From contig JAWVXD010000002.1 in assembly GCA_033723415.1 (NCBI GenBank), positions 288,001 through 352,000 on the forward strand: a DNA stretch of 64,000 bases, written 5' to 3'. The stretch is from Sulfurospirillaceae bacterium (GTDB lineage: Bacteria > Campylobacterota > Campylobacteria > Campylobacterales > Sulfurospirillaceae). The notes under the pieces were generated by a model, which worked only from the letters and a program-made list of their open reading frames with translations, was not told the origin of the DNA and did no database searches. A program made the position numbers and the translations under genes. Positions 39,032-48,841 of the stretch are shown in pieces (position 1 is the first letter of the stretch; each line of letters starts with the position of its first letter).

Positions 39032-40756
39032 TTAATTTGACAAATTTTGCTTTAACCACATCATTTGATAAGGCTCAAGCACAACTTTCTTGCTTTCATC
39101 CACTTTGAAAGAAGATAGAAGATCACATAGATCATACGATATTTCATCAGGGATAAGACACTCTACTACCTCATTAGAAAAATTATGTATCGCCAAAACC
39201 ATTTCTTTATCATCCAAACTAAATAGCTGTGCCGCAAAAATCTTATCTCCAAGATTATGGAAATAAAATTTTCCAAATGGATTAAATGCTTCCTCATTGG
39301 TTCGAATAGAGATAAGTCGTTTGTAACTATCAAGTATCGTCTTTGGAAAACTTCCTTGTTTTTTAAGCTCATCCTCAAGCCAGTCATAGTGATATTTTTC
39401 TCTATTGATAGAGCGATTTTTACCTGTATGTTTTACTCCGTCTAAATAATTTCTAGAGCCTACTAGAGAATGAAAATAAATACCAGGAACTCCGGGCATA
39501 ATAAGTGCCGTTCCTTGAGATAGGAGCATTTTTTTAATCAGTATCAAATCACTGTCATCTGGATGACAGAGAGCATCTATATAGCTGCAATTTAACTCAT
39601 ATGGACTTTGTGTTCCATCTTCTTCGGCACGAAAAGACACCAACCCTTTACAATCTTGCACCCGTTGTACAAGAAAGTCTATATCTTCATCACTCAATAT
39701 CCCTTTTACAGGTCGAAGTCCTATTCCGTCATGAGAAGCGGTAAAATTAAAAAAACATACTTTTGGACAAGGCAGGCTTAATGACTGAGCCCAAGACGTC
39801 AAAATCTTTGTGTTTGATTTTAAAATAGAGTAGACAAGCAGAGGAGGCAAAGCAAAGTTATAAACCATCTGAGCCTCATCATTTTTGGAGCCGAAATAAG
39901 AGATATTTTCCTTATGCGGAACATTTGTCTCGGTGATAATGATGATCTCAGGAGCCACCTCATGGATCACCTCTCTTATGAGTTGTACTAATTCATGAGT
40001 TTGTGGAAGATGAACGCATTCTGTACCTATCTCCTTCCATATAAATGCTATAGCATCAAGCCTAATCAGTACTGCCCCTCTCTCAATATAATAGAACAAG
40101 GCATCAAGTACGATTCTTAACACTCTATAGTTCTTATAATTCAAATCAACTTGATCTTTGCTAAAAGTTGTCCAAATGTTGTGGATTTTCCCATCATTGT
40201 CAACAAACTCACTTATCAGAGGTGAAGTACGAGGGCGCACGACTTTGCTCAAATCAACGGTAGGATCAACCTCAATAAAAAAATCTTTAAAATAAGTATC
40301 TCCGGATAAGAAAGCTTTGAACCAATCTGAAAACTGAGAGACATGATTGATCACACCGTCTACCATGAGTCTGTACTTGGAGCTTATACTATATATCTCT
40401 CTCCAAGAACCCATATGAGGATCTACAGAACTATAATTGACCACAGAAAACCCATCATCTGAAGACGATGGATAAAACGGTAAGATATGGATAGAGTTGA
40501 CAACTCCGTCTAAATGTTTGTCCATAAATTTTTTTAATGTTTCCAGCGATGCTTCTTGATCTCTTACAACCTGATCACCGTATGTGATAAGCACAACATC
40601 TTTTTCACTTAGATGATAAGGTTTAGAAACTATTCTCTCTTTGTATTTAAAAACAAGATCAATAATAGAATCCAGGGCTCTCTCGGCAATTTCCGGTGGA
40701 TAGAGTTGATGAATACGTTTATTTATACTATGATCTGGATCAGAAATGTGTTTCAT
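39032..40756 (-). CDS. GH13_18 sugar phosphorylase, probably glucosylglycerate phosphorylase
   Basis: LITYGD, RLDAIAF nucleophile, ITETN acid/base, SHDGIG, YELN loop (Asn/Glu rather than the His/Gln of sucrose phosphorylases). Confidence 0.85.
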   Translation of the reverse strand: MKHISDPDHSINKRIHQLYPPEIAERALDSIIDLVFKYKERIVSKPYHLSEKDVVLITYGDQVVRDQEASLETLKKFMDKHLDGVVNSIHILPFYPSSSDDGFSVVNYSSVDPHMGSWREIYSISSKYRLMVDGVINHVSQFSDWFKAFLSGDTYFKDFFIEVDPTVDLSKVVRPRTSPLISEFVDNDGKIHNIWTTFSKDQVDLNYKNYRVLRIVLDALFYYIERGAVLIRLDAIAFIWKEIGTECVHLPQTHELVQLIREVIHEVAPEIIIITETNVPHKENISYFGSKNDEAQMVYNFALPPLLVYSILKSNTKILTSWAQSLSLPCPKVCFFNFTASHDGIGLRPVKGILSDEDIDFLVQRVQDCKGLVSFRAEEDGTQSPYELNCSYIDALCHPDDSDLILIKKMLLSQGTALIMPGVPGIYFHSLVGSRNYLDGVKHTGKNRSINREKYHYDWLEDELKKQGSFPKTILDSYKRLISIRTNEEAFNPFGKFYFHNLGDKIFAAQLFSLDDKEMVLAIHNFSNEVVECLIPDEISYDLCDLLSSFKVDESKKVVLEPYQMMWLKQNLSN

Positions 40757-41964
40757 GAATTATCCTCTTCTACATATTTAGCAAACTTATCAGCAAAATC
40801 AGGCAATACCGAACGAACAGTGATCCAAGGCGATAGCAAAGGAGCGCCCATAGGATCTCTATAAAAATCAATAGCAGCTTCTTTGATAGCTTCTTCAAAC
40901 ATATTTACTGCATTTATCTCTTTTTCACGATTATAATCTATAGAATTTAATTTGCTAAGAGCATTAAATTTTGAGATCTCAAAACGAGATTCTTGATAAT
41001 ATGTTGCCTGAAGCGTTTTAAATGCGGACTCTGAAAATACGACACCTTGCTGAGCCATAACACGGAAAATAGTTTTTGATATATCAACAGCCATTTTGTA
41101 TATACCCTCTCCCGTGTTTCTTGAACCTAGACTCTGATGCTTGTGCTCATAACTCTCTATTATCTCAGTTTGACAGATACGACGGGTCGATGTACTTTTA
41201 TATACTTCACTGAGAGTCGAAACTTCCAATCCCCAGGTGGGAGATATTGCAATACCTCTGCCCAAAGATCTGATAAAGGCAAATTCACCCGAAAGAGAGT
41301 AACGAAAACTATCCATATACTCTAAATATTTGCTATTTCCGTAAATTTTTCGTAAAGAGTGAATAAGCGGAGTATAAAGCAATCTGGTAACTCTACCGTG
41401 TAGCTTATTGGTTGATCTAGAATAATATCCTTTATTAAACTCAAAATCTAATGCTGGGTGGATGATGGGGAATAAAAGCTTAGCAGGAATTTCACGGTTA
41501 TAATTTACAATATCACAATCATGCATGGCAAAAGCATAAGTATCTTCCAACGTCAGACCGTAGCCGATCATCGTCCAAACATTTCTACCTTTACCGGGAG
41601 TATCTAGACCTGGGAATCCCTCTCTTGTCAACTCACTATAAAGTTCTTTTATTCTAGGCCCGTCATTCCAAAGTACATCAACATCACAGGGGAGGGCAGA
41701 CATGATCTCTTTGACTTCTTCAAACTGACTTTTATTGGCACAATCCAGTCCCAATATTATCTTATGAAGGTATTTTACATGTTTTAACTCTTCTATTATC
41801 TTTTTCATAGCAGGGGTTTCAAATTCAGAATATAAAGAAGGAAGAAGCAAAACCATATTATGTCGTCTCGAGTATGTCAAAAGCTCATTTTCTAAATCCT
41901 CGATGGATCGTTCTCCTAGCTTTTGAAGGGTTGTAATAACTCCATTTTGAAAAAAATCAGACAT
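40753..41964 (-). CDS. gpgS: Glucosyl-3-phosphoglycerate synthase (glycosyltransferase)
   Basis: MSDFFQNGVITTL, PGKGRNVW, HDCDI, GRVTRL, YSLSGEF, WGLE, YEHKHQ. Confidence 0.82.
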   Translation of the reverse strand: MSDFFQNGVITTLQKLGERSIEDLENELLTYSRRHNMVLLLPSLYSEFETPAMKKIIEELKHVKYLHKIILGLDCANKSQFEEVKEIMSALPCDVDVLWNDGPRIKELYSELTREGFPGLDTPGKGRNVWTMIGYGLTLEDTYAFAMHDCDIVNYNREIPAKLLFPIIHPALDFEFNKGYYSRSTNKLHGRVTRLLYTPLIHSLRKIYGNSKYLEYMDSFRYSLSGEFAFIRSLGRGIAISPTWGLEVSTLSEVYKSTSTRRICQTEIIESYEHKHQSLGSRNTGEGIYKMAVDISKTIFRVMAQQGVVFSESAFKTLQATYYQESRFEISKFNALSKLNSIDYNREKEINAVNMFEEAIKEAAIDFYRDPMGAPLLSPWITVRSVLPDFADKFAKYVEEDNS

Positions 41965-42030
41965 TTGTTTCTCCTTATTTTAAATTTGACTCAATTATCA
42001 GTTTTCTGTCTAAACTCCTATCTAACTTGA

Positions 42031-42843
42031 CTAAGCGTATTTTTCAACCAAATTTTGATTATTATCAAAGTACTCTTTCAATGCCATACTCCATCCCTCA
42101 GGACCTGGTTTTGGAGCGCGGATCAGATTTTTAATATCACATGACATATAACTTCCATCGGGATGAGGTATCAAAATAGGAACATCCACACATCCTAGCA
42201 TACTAAAATCATTTTGGCTATCTCCAAGAGCAATAGAGGTAAATCTTTTTTTGTAGACCTCTTCATAATAACTCTTGACTACTTCTAGTGCTTTTGCTTT
42301 ATCCTGCCCTTTGGTTATAAGATGAAAGAACCTTCCGCCTTCAACGATATCCAAACCGTCTTTTTCTGCCATATCCTTTAATTCATATATATCATTTTTG
42401 TCTTTCAAAATAAAAGGCTCCGTAAAAAGCCTATCTTTCGCTTTGCCTGCTTTTATTACATCCAAGCCGGTTAATTTGGCTACTTCTTTGGCGGACAAAT
42501 CTGAAAATCCTACCATATGTATAGTCTTTTTATACCTTTCAAATGCTTCTTGTATATGTTTTATGTTAAATCCCAGAGAGAGTGTTTTATGAACGTCATC
42601 ATCCGAAATATAAACGCCTGCTCCATTTTCAAATATAAAAGTACTGTCTATCTTAAGTGATTTTTGAAGTTGTAAAATCTCGTTTTTAGTTTTACTGCTA
42701 ACTATAACAAGCGGTATTTTGTTAGTTTTTATAAAATCTAACATTTCTTTAGCTTTAGCAAAACTGTAAGTGTTATGATCCAAAAGCGTACCATCAAGAT
42801 CTGTAAAAATTATAGTGTCAATATTATCCTTATTTGTTTTCAT
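42031..42843 (-). CDS. gpgP: Glucosyl/mannosyl-3-phosphoglycerate phosphatase (HAD-IIB)
   Basis: TDLDGTLLD, SSKT, ENG, GGRFFH, LGDSQND, GPEGW. Confidence 0.85.
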   Translation of the reverse strand: MKTNKDNIDTIIFTDLDGTLLDHNTYSFAKAKEMLDFIKTNKIPLVIVSSKTKNEILQLQKSLKIDSTFIFENGAGVYISDDDVHKTLSLGFNIKHIQEAFERYKKTIHMVGFSDLSAKEVAKLTGLDVIKAGKAKDRLFTEPFILKDKNDIYELKDMAEKDGLDIVEGGRFFHLITKGQDKAKALEVVKSYYEEVYKKRFTSIALGDSQNDFSMLGCVDVPILIPHPDGSYMSCDIKNLIRAPKPGPEGWSMALKEYFDNNQNLVEKYA

Positions 42844-42981
42844 GATTATATTATATTCAATTATCTGTATATTACCAATAATTTTGTGTTTAAATTATCA
42901 ACATCTTAAAAGTAGTTTGTATTTACATAAAATTGTTTCTTTTGTGTTACAATGTATAAAATCCAAAACAAGGAGTAAAAG

Positions 42982-43407
42982 ATGGAAAGAAGAGCAGCTT
43001 TAAAAACAGCCGCAGTATTGGCAATTGCAGCAACATATGCATCTGCATATGATAACAGTAAAATTGTTAATAAAATGAAAATGAAAATGAAAGATCCAGC
43101 TAATCCTACAGGTTTCGAGCTAACGCACACTCCACAGATAACATTATCGGCACTTGATCCAAAAGGATACATCACCGTCGAAGTCACTGTCGGTGAAAAA
43201 GGTGATATTCATCCAAGTACGATGGATCACTGGATTTATAAATTGGAATTATTTGCCGATGGCAACAAAGTCGGTTCTGTTGATCTGGAACCCGTGACTT
43301 CAAGAGGATATTTAGGAGCAAAAGTCAAATACGCAGGACTTAAAGAACTACGCGCCCTAAGCTACTGCAATTTGCATGGTATATGGGAAAACACTCTTAA
43401 AGTATAA
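42982..43407 (+). CDS. Superoxide reductase (neelaredoxin/desulfoferrodoxin Fe-binding domain) with twin-arginine signal
   Basis: MERRAALK + hydrophobic stretch + ASA; ligands HTP, HP...HWI, CNLHG. Confidence 0.85.
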   Translation: MERRAALKTAAVLAIAATYASAYDNSKIVNKMKMKMKDPANPTGFELTHTPQITLSALDPKGYITVEVTVGEKGDIHPSTMDHWIYKLELFADGNKVGSVDLEPVTSRGYLGAKVKYAGLKELRALSYCNLHGIWENTLKV

Positions 43408-43414
43408 TTTTAAC

Positions 43415-43438
43415 GGCTTAGAGAGATTTCTCTAAGCC
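43415..43438. terminator. Hairpin between convergent genes
   Basis: GGCTTAGAGA-GATT-TCTCTAAGCC. Confidence 0.7.
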
Positions 43439-43447
43439 ACTTCTCTT

Positions 43448-44215
43448 TTATACGTAATAATCCGAATCTTTTTTATCTGAGACAAACATATGTCCCGGGG
43501 CATGCGTGATCGCAAAAGGAAGTTTTACTTCTTTTAGAACATTTTGAGGTGTCACACCGCATGGCCAAAATAACGGGATCTCATCTTCATTGATAGCAAC
43601 TGCATCTCCATAATCAGGGTGATTAATATCTTTGATACCGATCATCTCAGGATATCCTACTTGGATCGGAGTGCCATGCATATTGGGGTAGTGACTTGTA
43701 ACCACACAAGCATCTGCTACTTGTTCTTTTTTTACGGGTCTCATAGAAACGACCATATCTCCTCTGAACATATCCACAGGTTTTAGTTTGATGCTAGTAC
43801 TATACATAGGAACATTGACATCCATATCTACATGACGCAGCGGAATATTGTTTTTAAGCAGTGACGTTTCAAAAGTAAAACTACAACCTATAAGGAAAAA
43901 TACCAAATCAGGCGTATAATAATCTTCTATACTTTTTACAGTTTTTGTCACAACGCCGTTTTCTACGATATTATAAAGAGGAAGTTCATTTAACAAATTT
44001 GCACCCGGTGCCAATGTTTTGGATTTATATGAATCTCTTATAACTTCAAGTACAGGCATCGCTTTTGAGTTCTCTCTCGCGAACTTTTCAAAAGAGTCTG
44101 CATACTCTTTTGGGATCACGAACATATTTGCCTGTACATATCCCTCACAATACCCCGCCGTCGGTTTTGCGAACTCTCCGCTTGCTATCTTTTTTCTAAA
44201 TTCTTTTGCTTCCAT
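43448..44215 (-). CDS. DUF1445 putative hydro-lyase (YcsI / D-glutamate cyclase N-terminal-like)
   Basis: QANM, GCSFTFE, VVSMRP, HGTP, FWPCGVTPQ, THAPGHMFVSD. Confidence 0.88.
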   Translation of the reverse strand: MEAKEFRKKIASGEFAKPTAGYCEGYVQANMFVIPKEYADSFEKFARENSKAMPVLEVIRDSYKSKTLAPGANLLNELPLYNIVENGVVTKTVKSIEDYYTPDLVFFLIGCSFTFETSLLKNNIPLRHVDMDVNVPMYSTSIKLKPVDMFRGDMVVSMRPVKKEQVADACVVTSHYPNMHGTPIQVGYPEMIGIKDINHPDYGDAVAINEDEIPLFWPCGVTPQNVLKEVKLPFAITHAPGHMFVSDKKDSDYYV

Positions 44216-44310
44216 ATATATGCCTTATTGTGTTGCAATTTGTAAAAAATTATTACATTAATTAGATTAGGAAGTCCTAAAATTAAGTTTATTAATTATA
44301 AAATTTCCAA

Positions 44311-45150
44311 ATGAAAAATTACAAAACCATAGATGAGATCATCTTACAACACTCAACAAGAAAAATGGATCTGATACAAAAAGAATATCCTATCCAACAT
44401 TGTAAAACAGCAGTCGAGAATTTTATTAAGCTCGATAAAGGGATTGTATTTTTATATACTGGATTTTATGTTGGTTCTTTTGCAGAAACAGACGGTCCTG
44501 TAGGAACATACTTTCTTGCAAAAGCTCTTAAAGCACTAGGATATGAACCTATTATAATAACAGATAAATACTGTGATGGATTTTTTAAAGAGATACAAAC
44601 AATCCAAATTCCACTCGATGGATATAGTGATGAAGAATATCAAGAGATTATAAAAGAATACACTCCGATATGCCATATATCCATAGAGAGATGCGGCAAA
44701 AATGCCGATGGAATTTATGCAAATATGAGAGGTGATGACGTCAGTCCTTTTACTGCACCAGTGGATGAACTCTTTAAAATAGGGCAACGCTCAGCTCCGA
44801 CCTTTGCTATAGGTGATGGAGGAAATGAAGTAGGTATGGGTAACTTTGAAACTTTTATCAAAGAATCGCTCTCGTTATCTCCTTGTGTCGTAAGATCAGA
44901 TTTCCCAATCATCGCTTCAGTTTCTAACTGGGGTGCTTACGGTTTTATAGCTTATTTGGAGATACTAAACAAAAAAGAGCTATTGCCGTCTTTTGATGAA
45001 GTTGATGAATATCTTGGATTTATCGTTTCTCTTGGCTCTATTGACGGAGTGACCAAAAAAAATGAAAAAACAGTGGACGGGAAAGAGTGGAGTATAGAAA
45101 AAGAAATCTTAAATGACTTAAAAAACATCACCGTGAATTCTATTGCTTAA
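44311..45150 (+). CDS. DUF4392 protein (D-glutamate cyclase C-terminal-like)
   Basis: TGF...ETDGP, SIERCG, IGDGGNEVGMG, SVSNWGAY, DGVT. Confidence 0.85.
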   Translation: MKNYKTIDEIILQHSTRKMDLIQKEYPIQHCKTAVENFIKLDKGIVFLYTGFYVGSFAETDGPVGTYFLAKALKALGYEPIIITDKYCDGFFKEIQTIQIPLDGYSDEEYQEIIKEYTPICHISIERCGKNADGIYANMRGDDVSPFTAPVDELFKIGQRSAPTFAIGDGGNEVGMGNFETFIKESLSLSPCVVRSDFPIIASVSNWGAYGFIAYLEILNKKELLPSFDEVDEYLGFIVSLGSIDGVTKKNEKTVDGKEWSIEKEILNDLKNITVNSIA

Positions 45151-45240
45151 ATAAGACTCTTTTATATAAAGTTTTAAAAAAATAAAAAAATAGATATAAT
45201 ATTCCAACAAATTTATAAAACTCTACAAAAGGAGAGTGTC

Positions 45241-45909
45241 ATGAGAAAAGTATTAGTGTTGCTTTTGTTGTCATCTGCATTTTTAGCTAGTATATTAAAT
45301 GCCGGGATGGAACAAGAAAGAAGAGTACTTACGGCAACCAAAATTTTACAAGAAGCCTTATTTGCACCGAAGACCGGAATAACAAAAGAAGTATTACATA
45401 ATGCCAAGGCGATCGCTGTATTTCCAAACACTATGAAAGGCGCATTTTTGATAGGCGGCAGAATAGGCGATGGAGTTATGAGCATAAAAGATGAAACCGG
45501 AAACTGGAGCGATCCTATATTTATGCACTTAAAAGGCTTGAGCTTAGGTTTTCAGATAGGGGTTCAATCAAGCGATATTATCATGATATTTAAAACTGAG
45601 CGAAGTATAGACGGTTTATCTGAAGGAAAACTAACATTAGGAGTAGATGCAGGAGTCGTAGTAGCGGCAAAAGGTGTTAAAGGTGGCGCTAAAACCGATG
45701 ATAAACTGGCAGCGAACATTCAATCCTTTGGTAAAAGCAGCGGTTTATTTATAGGAGCATCACTAAGCGGTACAACACTTCATGTAAGCGACAATGACGA
45801 TTTTGATTATTACGACACTATTGTTTATGTAAATGACATCTTAACTCATGACAAAGTAAAAAGCAAGCCTGAATCTGAGGCATTTAAAAAGGCTTTAAAC
45901 AGTTTGTAA
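45241..45909 (+). CDS. SYLF/YSC84-domain lipid-binding exported protein
   Basis: Signal peptide; AIAVFP, GNWSDP, SLGFQIG, SGLFIGASLSG. Confidence 0.85.
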   Translation: MRKVLVLLLLSSAFLASILNAGMEQERRVLTATKILQEALFAPKTGITKEVLHNAKAIAVFPNTMKGAFLIGGRIGDGVMSIKDETGNWSDPIFMHLKGLSLGFQIGVQSSDIIMIFKTERSIDGLSEGKLTLGVDAGVVVAAKGVKGGAKTDDKLAANIQSFGKSSGLFIGASLSGTTLHVSDNDDFDYYDTIVYVNDILTHDKVKSKPESEAFKKALNSL

Positions 45910-45931
45910 GTCTGCATAGCAGCTTACAAAC

Positions 45932-46426
45932 CTAAAGATTTTTGTTTATCTTAATAACCGGCTTTTGCACAAAGAGGTTATTAGGATACAAAATCATCTC
46001 TTCTTTTTGTGTTAATATTTTAATATAAAAAAGAGATATCTCTACGATCTCTCCCTCTACTGAATTATCACCGTCTATAATCTTGATAAAATCTCCGATT
46101 CTTGTAGGAAAAGTAAAGAATATCAATATACTTGATGTAATATTGCTTAGAATTGACCACTGAGCAAATAAAGCTATACCTACTACTGCAAAAATAGATG
46201 AAGCAAATACCAACAATCCGTTTAGGCTCACGCTCCAAATCAACAAACCTAAAAATAAAGCAAAGGAGATGATGAGTATATTGAATGTTTTAACAACATA
46301 GTAAATGCGATTTTTAGATATTTTTTTCATATTTCCGGTCTTATGAAGAAAAAATCTTGACAGACTAAGTGCCAAAAATGTACCTAGGATCAAAATAATA
46401 GTTAAAATTATATTTCTATCTAACAT
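45932..46426 (-). CDS. Small MscS-family mechanosensitive channel protein
   Basis: GIALFAQWSILSNITS, RIGD, YPNN. Confidence 0.85.
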   Translation of the reverse strand: MLDRNIILTIILILGTFLALSLSRFFLHKTGNMKKISKNRIYYVVKTFNILIISFALFLGLLIWSVSLNGLLVFASSIFAVVGIALFAQWSILSNITSSILIFFTFPTRIGDFIKIIDGDNSVEGEIVEISLFYIKILTQKEEMILYPNNLFVQKPVIKINKNL

Positions 46427-46462
46427 AGAAATTATGCCTTTTTATGATTTATAAGTGATAGT

Positions 46463-46490
46463 ACATGCTTTGTCAAAAGACAAAGCATGT
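46463..46490. other. Perfect 12-bp inverted repeat (terminator or operator)
   Basis: ACATGCTTTGTC-AAAA-GACAAAGCATGT. Confidence 0.65.
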
Positions 46491-46512
46491 GTAACTCTAT
46501 GGTTTTGTAATA

Positions 46513-46758
46513 TTAAAATTCTTTGTTGTGCTTACGAAAGATTTTTTGAGAACTTGGGAAGTCATCTATGTCGTCGTCATCATCATAATTGTCATCGTAG
46601 TCTATTGTAAATATTTTCTCGTAACCCATCTTTTCAAGTTCTTCGTCAATCAACTTTGGATTATATCTGCTTTTTTTAGATTGCTCCAATATAGTCTTGA
46701 TATCTTCCTCCGCAACACCATTTGCTCGCATCTCGTTAACCACATCTTTAAATGTCAT
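46513..46758 (-). CDS. Hypothetical protein with acidic Asp-rich tract
   Basis: GAGG RBS before ATG 46758; DDNYDDDDDIDD. Confidence 0.7.
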   Translation of the reverse strand: MTFKDVVNEMRANGVAEEDIKTILEQSKKSRYNPKLIDEELEKMGYEKIFTIDYDDNYDDDDDIDDFPSSQKIFRKHNKEF

Positions 46759-46934
46759 TATATACCTCAAATAATAATATGAATTATTATTATAATCTAC
46801 TTTGAGCTAAAAAAAGCTAAAAAAAATCTTAATATATCAACAAGTTTAAGATATTTAATTTTTCAGAAAATTTTTAGCGATTATTTTCAAAATAAGATGT
46901 ATAATTCTCTCTAAAATTTTTTCAGGAGAACCAA

Positions 46935-47249
46935 ATGAAGAAGATTGTAATCAGCTCTATCATAGCAGCTGGATTATTGATTTCTACGGCACAAGCAACT
47001 GAGGCTAAGGCATCTGTAAAAGCACCTGCCCATAAAACAGTTGCACACAAACACATGGTAGTAAAAGGTGAATTTATCACTAAGAAAGCTGCCTTGATTC
47101 GAAATGCTCCATCAAGAAAAGGCAAAATTGTCGCTCATCTAAAGAAAGGTAAAAAACTTTCTATTCAATCATGCGATAAATACAGTTGGTGTAAGCTAAA
47201 AGGTAAAAAAGAGTTCATCTCTAGAGATGTTTTAAAAAGAGCTAAATAA
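46935..47249 (+). CDS. Exported basic SH3-domain protein
   Basis: Signal peptide AQA; IRNAPS...IVAHLKKG...WCKL; AGGAG RBS. Confidence 0.8.
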   Translation: MKKIVISSIIAAGLLISTAQATEAKASVKAPAHKTVAHKHMVVKGEFITKKAALIRNAPSRKGKIVAHLKKGKKLSIQSCDKYSWCKLKGKKEFISRDVLKRAK

Positions 47250-47260
47250 GCTGTTTTAAG

Positions 47261-47292
47261 GCGCATTATTCTAATGTAAAAGAATAATGCGC
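47261..47292. terminator. Hairpin between convergent genes
   Basis: GCGCATTATTCT...AGAATAATGCGC. Confidence 0.65.
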
Positions 47293-47299
47293 ACGTAGA

Positions 47300-47743
47300 T
47301 TATATATCTCTACACATTTTTAGCGCATCTTCTCCATCACTGTAATATTTTGGCAAGACTTTTGTTTTTACAAACCCAAAACTTTCATACAACTTTATAG
47401 CTCCCTTATTACTTATTCTAACTTCCAAAAATATACGCTTATATCTTTCATCGATTTTTGCAAGTGCTTTTTTTATAAGTGTGCTTGCATAACCTTTCCC
47501 TTGAAACTGAGGCAGTACCGCCAGCGAATAAAGTCTGGAATAGGCTTTATTCGCTGGGCAAAAAAACAAAATATATCCTATGATTTTTTTGTTTTTTTTA
47601 CAAACAAGTAACAAATTGTCTTTTTTCACATGATATAAAAAAGCTCGTTTTGTGATAATCCCATCAGAGGATATGAAAACTTGATTTTCCAGCTCACACA
47701 AGCGTGGTACATCTTGGGCTAAAGCCCTTGAGATAGTTATCAT
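47300..47743 (-). CDS. GNAT N-acetyltransferase (RimI-like)
   Basis: LYSLAV, QGKGYA, LEVRISN...LYESFGF, YYSDGEDA. Confidence 0.85.
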   Translation of the reverse strand: MITISRALAQDVPRLCELENQVFISSDGIITKRAFLYHVKKDNLLLVCKKNKKIIGYILFFCPANKAYSRLYSLAVLPQFQGKGYASTLIKKALAKIDERYKRIFLEVRISNKGAIKLYESFGFVKTKVLPKYYSDGEDALKMCRDI

Positions 47744-48720
47744 TTTTGATAAATCGAGTATTTTGGAACGAATTTTTTTGGTCTGTATGATAATTTTACT
47801 TTTTTAAGATTTTCAAATCCCATATCATCTCCGACATTTATGAATTCTATCCCAAATATAATTTTCAGTTTTTTACAAAACTCTCGAAAAATAAATTGAG
47901 CAGCTCCTAGTTTTTCAAAATCCGTCTTTTCAAATATGATACTGGCAGTTTGTTCATTTAACTTCTCTCCTGCCGTAAAACCGCAGATTTTTCCATCTAT
48001 CTTAAGGACGATACTCAAGATTCCAAGTTTATCATAGTTATCCAGCAGTCTTTTAAGTGCGAATCGCTCCAGCGCTATCCCGTCAAAAAAAACTTCAAAG
48101 CTCTCATTTGGCATATACCGCATCCTATCGCTAACCCATTTTTGGAACAGTGCACTTACTGCATCTTTGTGTAAAATAGGATCATATAATTCTATCTCTA
48201 CATCATTATATGCTTTTATGAACTTGTTTATTTCATTTCTTTTTGAATGATAAGAGTTGCCTTTTAGTTCTATCATATCGTTTGCATCATAAACATAATC
48301 AACAAGATTTTTTTCAACCAAATAATCTTGCAAGATCTCAAACATATCCGTTCCTTCTTCGAGCTGATCTACAAAAGCTGAGAGAAACGACTCACAAACA
48401 TAATCGATCCTAGAAGAACTTCGTTGAGTATTTACGGCGTTCATGATCTCAAAACAACTGACCATGGCATCTGCTACTTTCTCTTTTTTTCCAAGAGGGG
48501 GAAGTAGCATACTTAGATCTCCTCCGCTCATGACGAACAGACAAAAAGTATCGTTGATGATTCCATAAAATCCACTGGCATGAGAGAGCCATATGAAATT
48601 TGATGCAAAGGAATAATCACTCAACTGTGTTTCCATCAACGAAATATACTCATCCATCAAAGGTTTTGCGTCAAGTGCAAAAGGCTTTAAATTAAAATCC
48701 CTTACCAATAAATTTACCAA
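47740..48720 (-). CDS. DUF2156 domain protein (soluble aminoacyl-phosphatidylglycerol-synthase-like transferase domain)
   Basis: SDYSF, DYVY, LKGNSYHSKRNEINKF, FEK, INVGDDMGFENLKKVKLSYRP; AAAGGA RBS before TTG 48720. Confidence 0.8.
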   Translation of the reverse strand: MVNLLVRDFNLKPFALDAKPLMDEYISLMETQLSDYSFASNFIWLSHASGFYGIINDTFCLFVMSGGDLSMLLPPLGKKEKVADAMVSCFEIMNAVNTQRSSSRIDYVCESFLSAFVDQLEEGTDMFEILQDYLVEKNLVDYVYDANDMIELKGNSYHSKRNEINKFIKAYNDVEIELYDPILHKDAVSALFQKWVSDRMRYMPNESFEVFFDGIALERFALKRLLDNYDKLGILSIVLKIDGKICGFTAGEKLNEQTASIIFEKTDFEKLGAAQFIFREFCKKLKIIFGIEFINVGDDMGFENLKKVKLSYRPKKFVPKYSIYQK

Positions 48721-48841
48721 TGTAAATCCTTTAAAAATATATTTGGAATTGTACATCTTTTTTAGCAAAAAAAATACTTTTTTCGAGATATAAATATAAA
48801 ATATTTGATATAATACTTACATCTCACAAATCGAGGTACTT

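Noticed and set aside
46565..46605. GAT/GAC-rich repeat-like stretch
   Set aside because: It simply encodes the Asp-rich tract of the small protein; it is not a CRISPR array or VNTR.
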